Shown in pieces: positions 59,761 to 64,000 of a stretch of 64,000 nucleotides of DNA (positions within the stretch are counted from its first letter, which is position 1; each line of letters opens with the position of its first letter). Source of the DNA: the human T2T-CHM13v2.0 reference genome, Homo sapiens; the NCBI GenBank assembly GCA_009914755.4, contig CP068257.2, positions 33,152,001-33,216,000 of the forward strand. The letters run 5' to 3'. A program made the position numbers and the translations under genes. Under the pieces are notes generated by a model. It made no database searches, was not told where the DNA came from, and worked only from the letters and a program-made list of their open reading frames with translations.

Positions 59761-62700
59761 ACTATGATCTGCTATCTTTCTTGGCTATTAGATTCCCAGC
59801 TCAAGCCTTCTGATATGTAGCCATCAATATCAAATACATGCTCCAACTACAACTTTGCTGAAACTATTAATCTTCCAAATGAAACCTTTTAGTGCATGGG
59901 TGTGCTGGCCTACATATTTACAAGCATAAGGGGAAAGTTCAGAACATATGCAGTCTACAGAAGAAATATTTCATCACTAAGATCAAGCCCTGCAGTGAAT
60001 CTCTGCAGTCATCCCACTGGTTTTCATTTCTTCTCTCTCTCTCCCTTCTTTCCTTTAATTATTTTTATTTATTCCTGTGAACACCTGATTCAGGCTTGTT
60101 GTCGGGGTAAGATTATAATGCTATAGACCTGGAAAGGCTCTCATACCCTACTACACCTTGTTAAAAGCTATTTTTAAATGAAATCATTCACCTGTCATGT
60201 TTATAGCCTATTATATAAATTAATTTCTCACATTCTGAATATGTTACTTTGTGTAACCATTAAATGACCATTTATAGATTCACATATGAGGATTTCTGGT
60301 GTTTGATTGTAGCCTCCACTTTCAAGGTAATCAAATAGTCCCTACTCCCTTTGTTTTCAAACTTCAAATTGCTAGAAGAGTAAGGAAGAGAGGGAAGGAG
60401 AGGGAGAGAGAAAGGAAAGCAATGCAATGCAGTTGGATATTTTACCTCCAAGGCTGGAAAGAGGATTTATCTCCTTCTCCTACAGGAAGGTGGAAAGGTT
60501 TTCTTCCTTTTGTCTATCCAGATGATAAAGAGAGAATCAGACGGACTTAAATAACTCTATACAACTGAGAAACAGGGTCATTTCAGTATCTCAGAGTTTT
60601 GCAGACAGCAGCACCAGAATATAGTCCTTCCTAAGTAACTTTAATTTTGGGGGAAAATAATTAGCAAGACAGAAGTTACTTGGAATACTAAAAATCAAGA
60701 GATGATTTGAGAGGTCAGGGACCCCTCTTGGCCATATGGAACACTCAAAGTGAGGCACGCATACTCATAAAAGTGGATTAGATGTTGACTGGGTTTGGAT
60801 GATAAGCACTTGGTCCCAATGAACTTCAAAAGTAGGAAGGCAATGGCCCCAATAAAGTAAACAGAGTGGCTGGTAAGCCTTCTCCCTGCTCATATACCCC
60901 CTCTTTCACTCTTATTTAGAGATTCATTATTCTGAGTTTTCTTTTCTCCCAAACTTTATAAACAAATGCACATGTACCAAAGGAGACAGTTTATTAAGGT
61001 GCCCACCACACAGCCTGGCCCCAAAATTCTTCTTATTATCAACATCTAATTATAATAGAACATGTTCAATATAAGAATGCCAAGTGAGTGGATAGCCCAA
61101 CACTTTTTCCATCCCTCCTTTGGTGATTGGGATTCTTCTCGACACTGGTCAGCCCTGTAGTAAATCGATCCTTGACCCAAGAGTGCACGCCCAGGGAACG
61201 GCCATCCCACTTGCACTGGCTTTGTAGCAAGGAAGGTCTGGGTTTGCGTCCAAGTTCATCACTTACAATCTTTGAGATACTGGGCAATTTTTAACCTCTG
61301 AATTTCGATTTCTCTGTCTATAAATGATACCACAGGATTGTTGAGGGAATGGAATAATATGTACAAATGTCTGACCCACGTCAAAATAGCTCACAACTGG
61401 TCCAGTTAAAGAGTTAAATCTTCTTCCTACATGCTTATGACAACCAGCATGCAGAAGAACAACAAAATGGGCTTCCTAGTTTATCTAGGTTTCAGTTTTC
61501 TGTACCAGCATCTATTACTCCATCCTCATATTCCCAGAAAGGAGGAAATTACGACACCTTAAATGTGATACATCATATTTGGTCAATCAGGGGTGAAATT
61601 TTAAAATCACTCACTCGGGTTGCCCAAACCCATCTCTAGGTGGGAGTTGTGACTGAACAGGCATCGGTACCACTAGCTCTAGAATCTGCCCTGTTCTATC
61701 TTTTGAAATAAATTAAAAAAGAATTCTAAGACTCGATCGTAGAAGTTAATGATGGTGTCCTGACTGGGAGAAACGTGTAGCCCAAGGGTCTACTCATGAC
61801 AAAATGGCTTTCTATTCTATTTCATGACAAAATGGCTTTACCAGTTTAAGACCTGGTAAAATAGGAAGTTGAAATAAACCTCAGCCCTTTAATAGTTAAG
61901 ACCCCAACAAATAAACAGTGGTTTAGTGGCATGACAACTTGCCCCCTCTCAATCTGTACCGTGCTTCAGATAATTTGAGATGTCTATTTTGAGTGACCCT
62001 CCAGCACATGTGATTCTAGGTAAGTATTGGTGCTATTCTATATCAGTATTTTCTTGCTGACAGAGTCAGAGGAGCTGGCATAACCCTTCTGACAAAGTCC
62101 TAGCAAGGTAGGGTTCCTGAGCCTTTCTATAAATCCCGGCAAACTCGCCAAACCCCCGGTTACTGACATTTCTGTAAAGCTGAAAAACATTCATGCATCT
62201 GGACAGCACCACTGTGGAACTACTCTGACAAATTGGATATTTTTCTGAAAACTACCACTGCCATTTCAAAGAAAGCCAGAAACACATGCTGTATTTCTTA
62301 AAGTATCTTCGTAAATATAACATAGAAATTTCAGGGCTGAGCCTGGAAAATAAGCATTTTCCTACTGTCAAGAACAAACTGAAGGTCTTGGCTGAACAAG
62401 ACTTGCATATTATACCTGTTAACTTTCCAATTTCAAGAGAAAAAGCCCAAGGGTCTACTCAAAACATGATTAGCGTAAAACAGCGTTTTCTTATAGGAAA
62501 GAAAGAACAAAAGGAAAAGGAAAAGTTGTTTCACATGAAAATATTCTGGATACTTATTTTTTAAAAGTTGTTCCTAAAATTTTACAAGTGAAGTACTGAA
62601 TATCAAATTCATATTTTGGAAAGAAAGAACACCAGCAATATAGTTCACACATTCTTTAGAGTAGCAACCAAGCCCGTAGGGAACTCTAAAAGCGAGTTAT

Positions 62701-63687
62701 GATTTCTTAAATGTTGCAGAAGTAAAAGTTTTCAAGAGGAACAAAAAAGGGGCGATGCTTAGTGTTAAACCTGATACTCTACTAAGCATATAGGTCTCCA
62801 AAGAGCTGACGAATGCCCATCACACGGTCCACAATAATGCTTTTGCCCAGGAGCTTCAGAGGATGAGAACTCAATGTGCAACTTCCCCCCATTTTTTTGT
62901 TTTTGTTGTTAAAGAGGCATATCTGATGAAGAAGGAAATCAGATTAGATTCACTCTTCACCAAGAAACAGAGCAACTCAATGGTGACAATATCAATTTTC
63001 CCCCATGTGGCTGAATTTTCCATTGCCTTTAAAAATGCTTAAGACTTTTTGTTCCCATATCAGCAGAAAAAGGCAAATCCCTTAATCAACCTAGTAGTAT
63101 AAATGGCCAGTTAGGCAACGAGAGACTAAGAAAACAGTCTTCCTTTTGATTTTACACATGAATAGATGATGTGAATTAGTTTTCTGAAGATTATGTGAAT
63201 TAGTTTAAATGACCTTAAAGGCAAGATGAAAGAATCTCCTTGAGAGTTGTATCCTCTTTGGAAGCAAAGTATTGTTTTGCCCCAAGCCCATCTCGCTCAC
63301 TGAACATACCATTTGACTTAATTTACCATATACGCTTGTATTTTGGAATTTAAAAAAAATCAATGTACACATTTTAAATCATTATTAATGATTATTATGT
63401 AACAGGAAACCAGTGGTTTCATGGATCCTCTTCCTAAATACACCTAAATGAACCTATAGATGACAGGCAGCCCCCCAAAACATCAAGCTTTAGGTTTCTG
63501 TTTGTTTACAAAAGGGTTACTCCACAGACAGGCCACTTAGCTGTGTGCATAGTATCTTCTGGAAAGATTTATTTGGAAATTTTCCAATCAAGTAGAAGAA
63601 CCTTCCCCAGAAACCTAACAGTGAGAGCTAATGGCATGGGCTGTCAAGCTCCATGGGAGACAGTGGGCATGCCTTTTGAGAACCCAT

Positions 63688-63999
63688 GTTTTTGTTTGTT
63701 TGTTTGTTTGTTTTTTGAGATGGAGTCTCGCTCTGTTGCCCAGGCTGGAGTGCAGTGGTGCAATCTCGGCTTACTGCAACCTCCAACCTCCCGGGTTCAC
63801 ACCATTCTCCTGCCTCAGCCTCCTGAGTAGCTGGGACTACAGGCACCCGCCACCATGCCTGCCTAATTTTTTGTATTTTTAGTAGAGTTGGGGTTTCACC
63901 ATGTTAGCCAGGATGGTCTCCATCTCCTGACCTCGTGATCCGCCCGCCTTGGCCTCCCAAAGTGCTGGGATTACACGTGTGAGCCACCGCGCCCGGCCT
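63688..63999 (-). mobile_element. Alu SINE (Y-like), running to the window end
   Basis: (TTTG)n/poly-T, then ...gagatggagtctcgctctgttgcccaggct...gtgagccaccgcgcccggcc. Confidence 0.95.
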
Positions 64000-64000
64000 G

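Overview
This window is primate (human-type) nuclear genomic DNA, not prokaryotic. Alu SINEs occur every few kb, and MaLR LTRs, L1, MIR, DNA-transposon relics and micro- and minisatellites are also present. There is no CRISPR array, operon, rRNA or tRNA, and no bacterial-style defence or other novel system to report.

The one gene present is the 3' end of RUNX1 (AML1/CBFA2, chr21q22) on the minus strand. Three RUNX1 pieces are recognisable by exact translation.
- The terminal coding exon (22740..23215) ends in ...EEAVWRPY* and is followed by a ~4.3 kb 3' UTR.
- A 162-bp penultimate coding exon (29905..30066) is too short to appear in the ORF track.
- About 22 kb upstream in the transcript, the alternative terminal exon 7A of the short RUNX1a/AML1a isoform (52267..52294) encodes ...EEDTAPWRC*.

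Coordinates 1..18400 lie downstream of the gene and are intergenic. 23216..29904 is the last intron, and 30067..64000 is intron 6, which contains exon 7A. Exon 6 itself was not found in the window.

Items worth a second look:
- a 33-35-bp minisatellite of ~17 copies sitting 80-650 nt upstream of the terminal-exon 3' splice site;
- a ~800-bp CpG island covering the terminal exon and proximal 3' UTR;
- multiple candidate poly(A) signals plus miR-27 and miR-17-family seed matches in the 3' UTR;
- a 54-bp minisatellite abutting an Alu;
- a TA/TTAA-flanked pogo/Tigger-like non-autonomous DNA transposon with intact 52-bp inverted repeats;
- a full-length MaLR (MST/THE1-type) ERV-L element with both LTRs and a nested Alu.

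All long plus-strand ORFs over the GC-rich exon, and the ORFs over the minisatellites, are artefacts.
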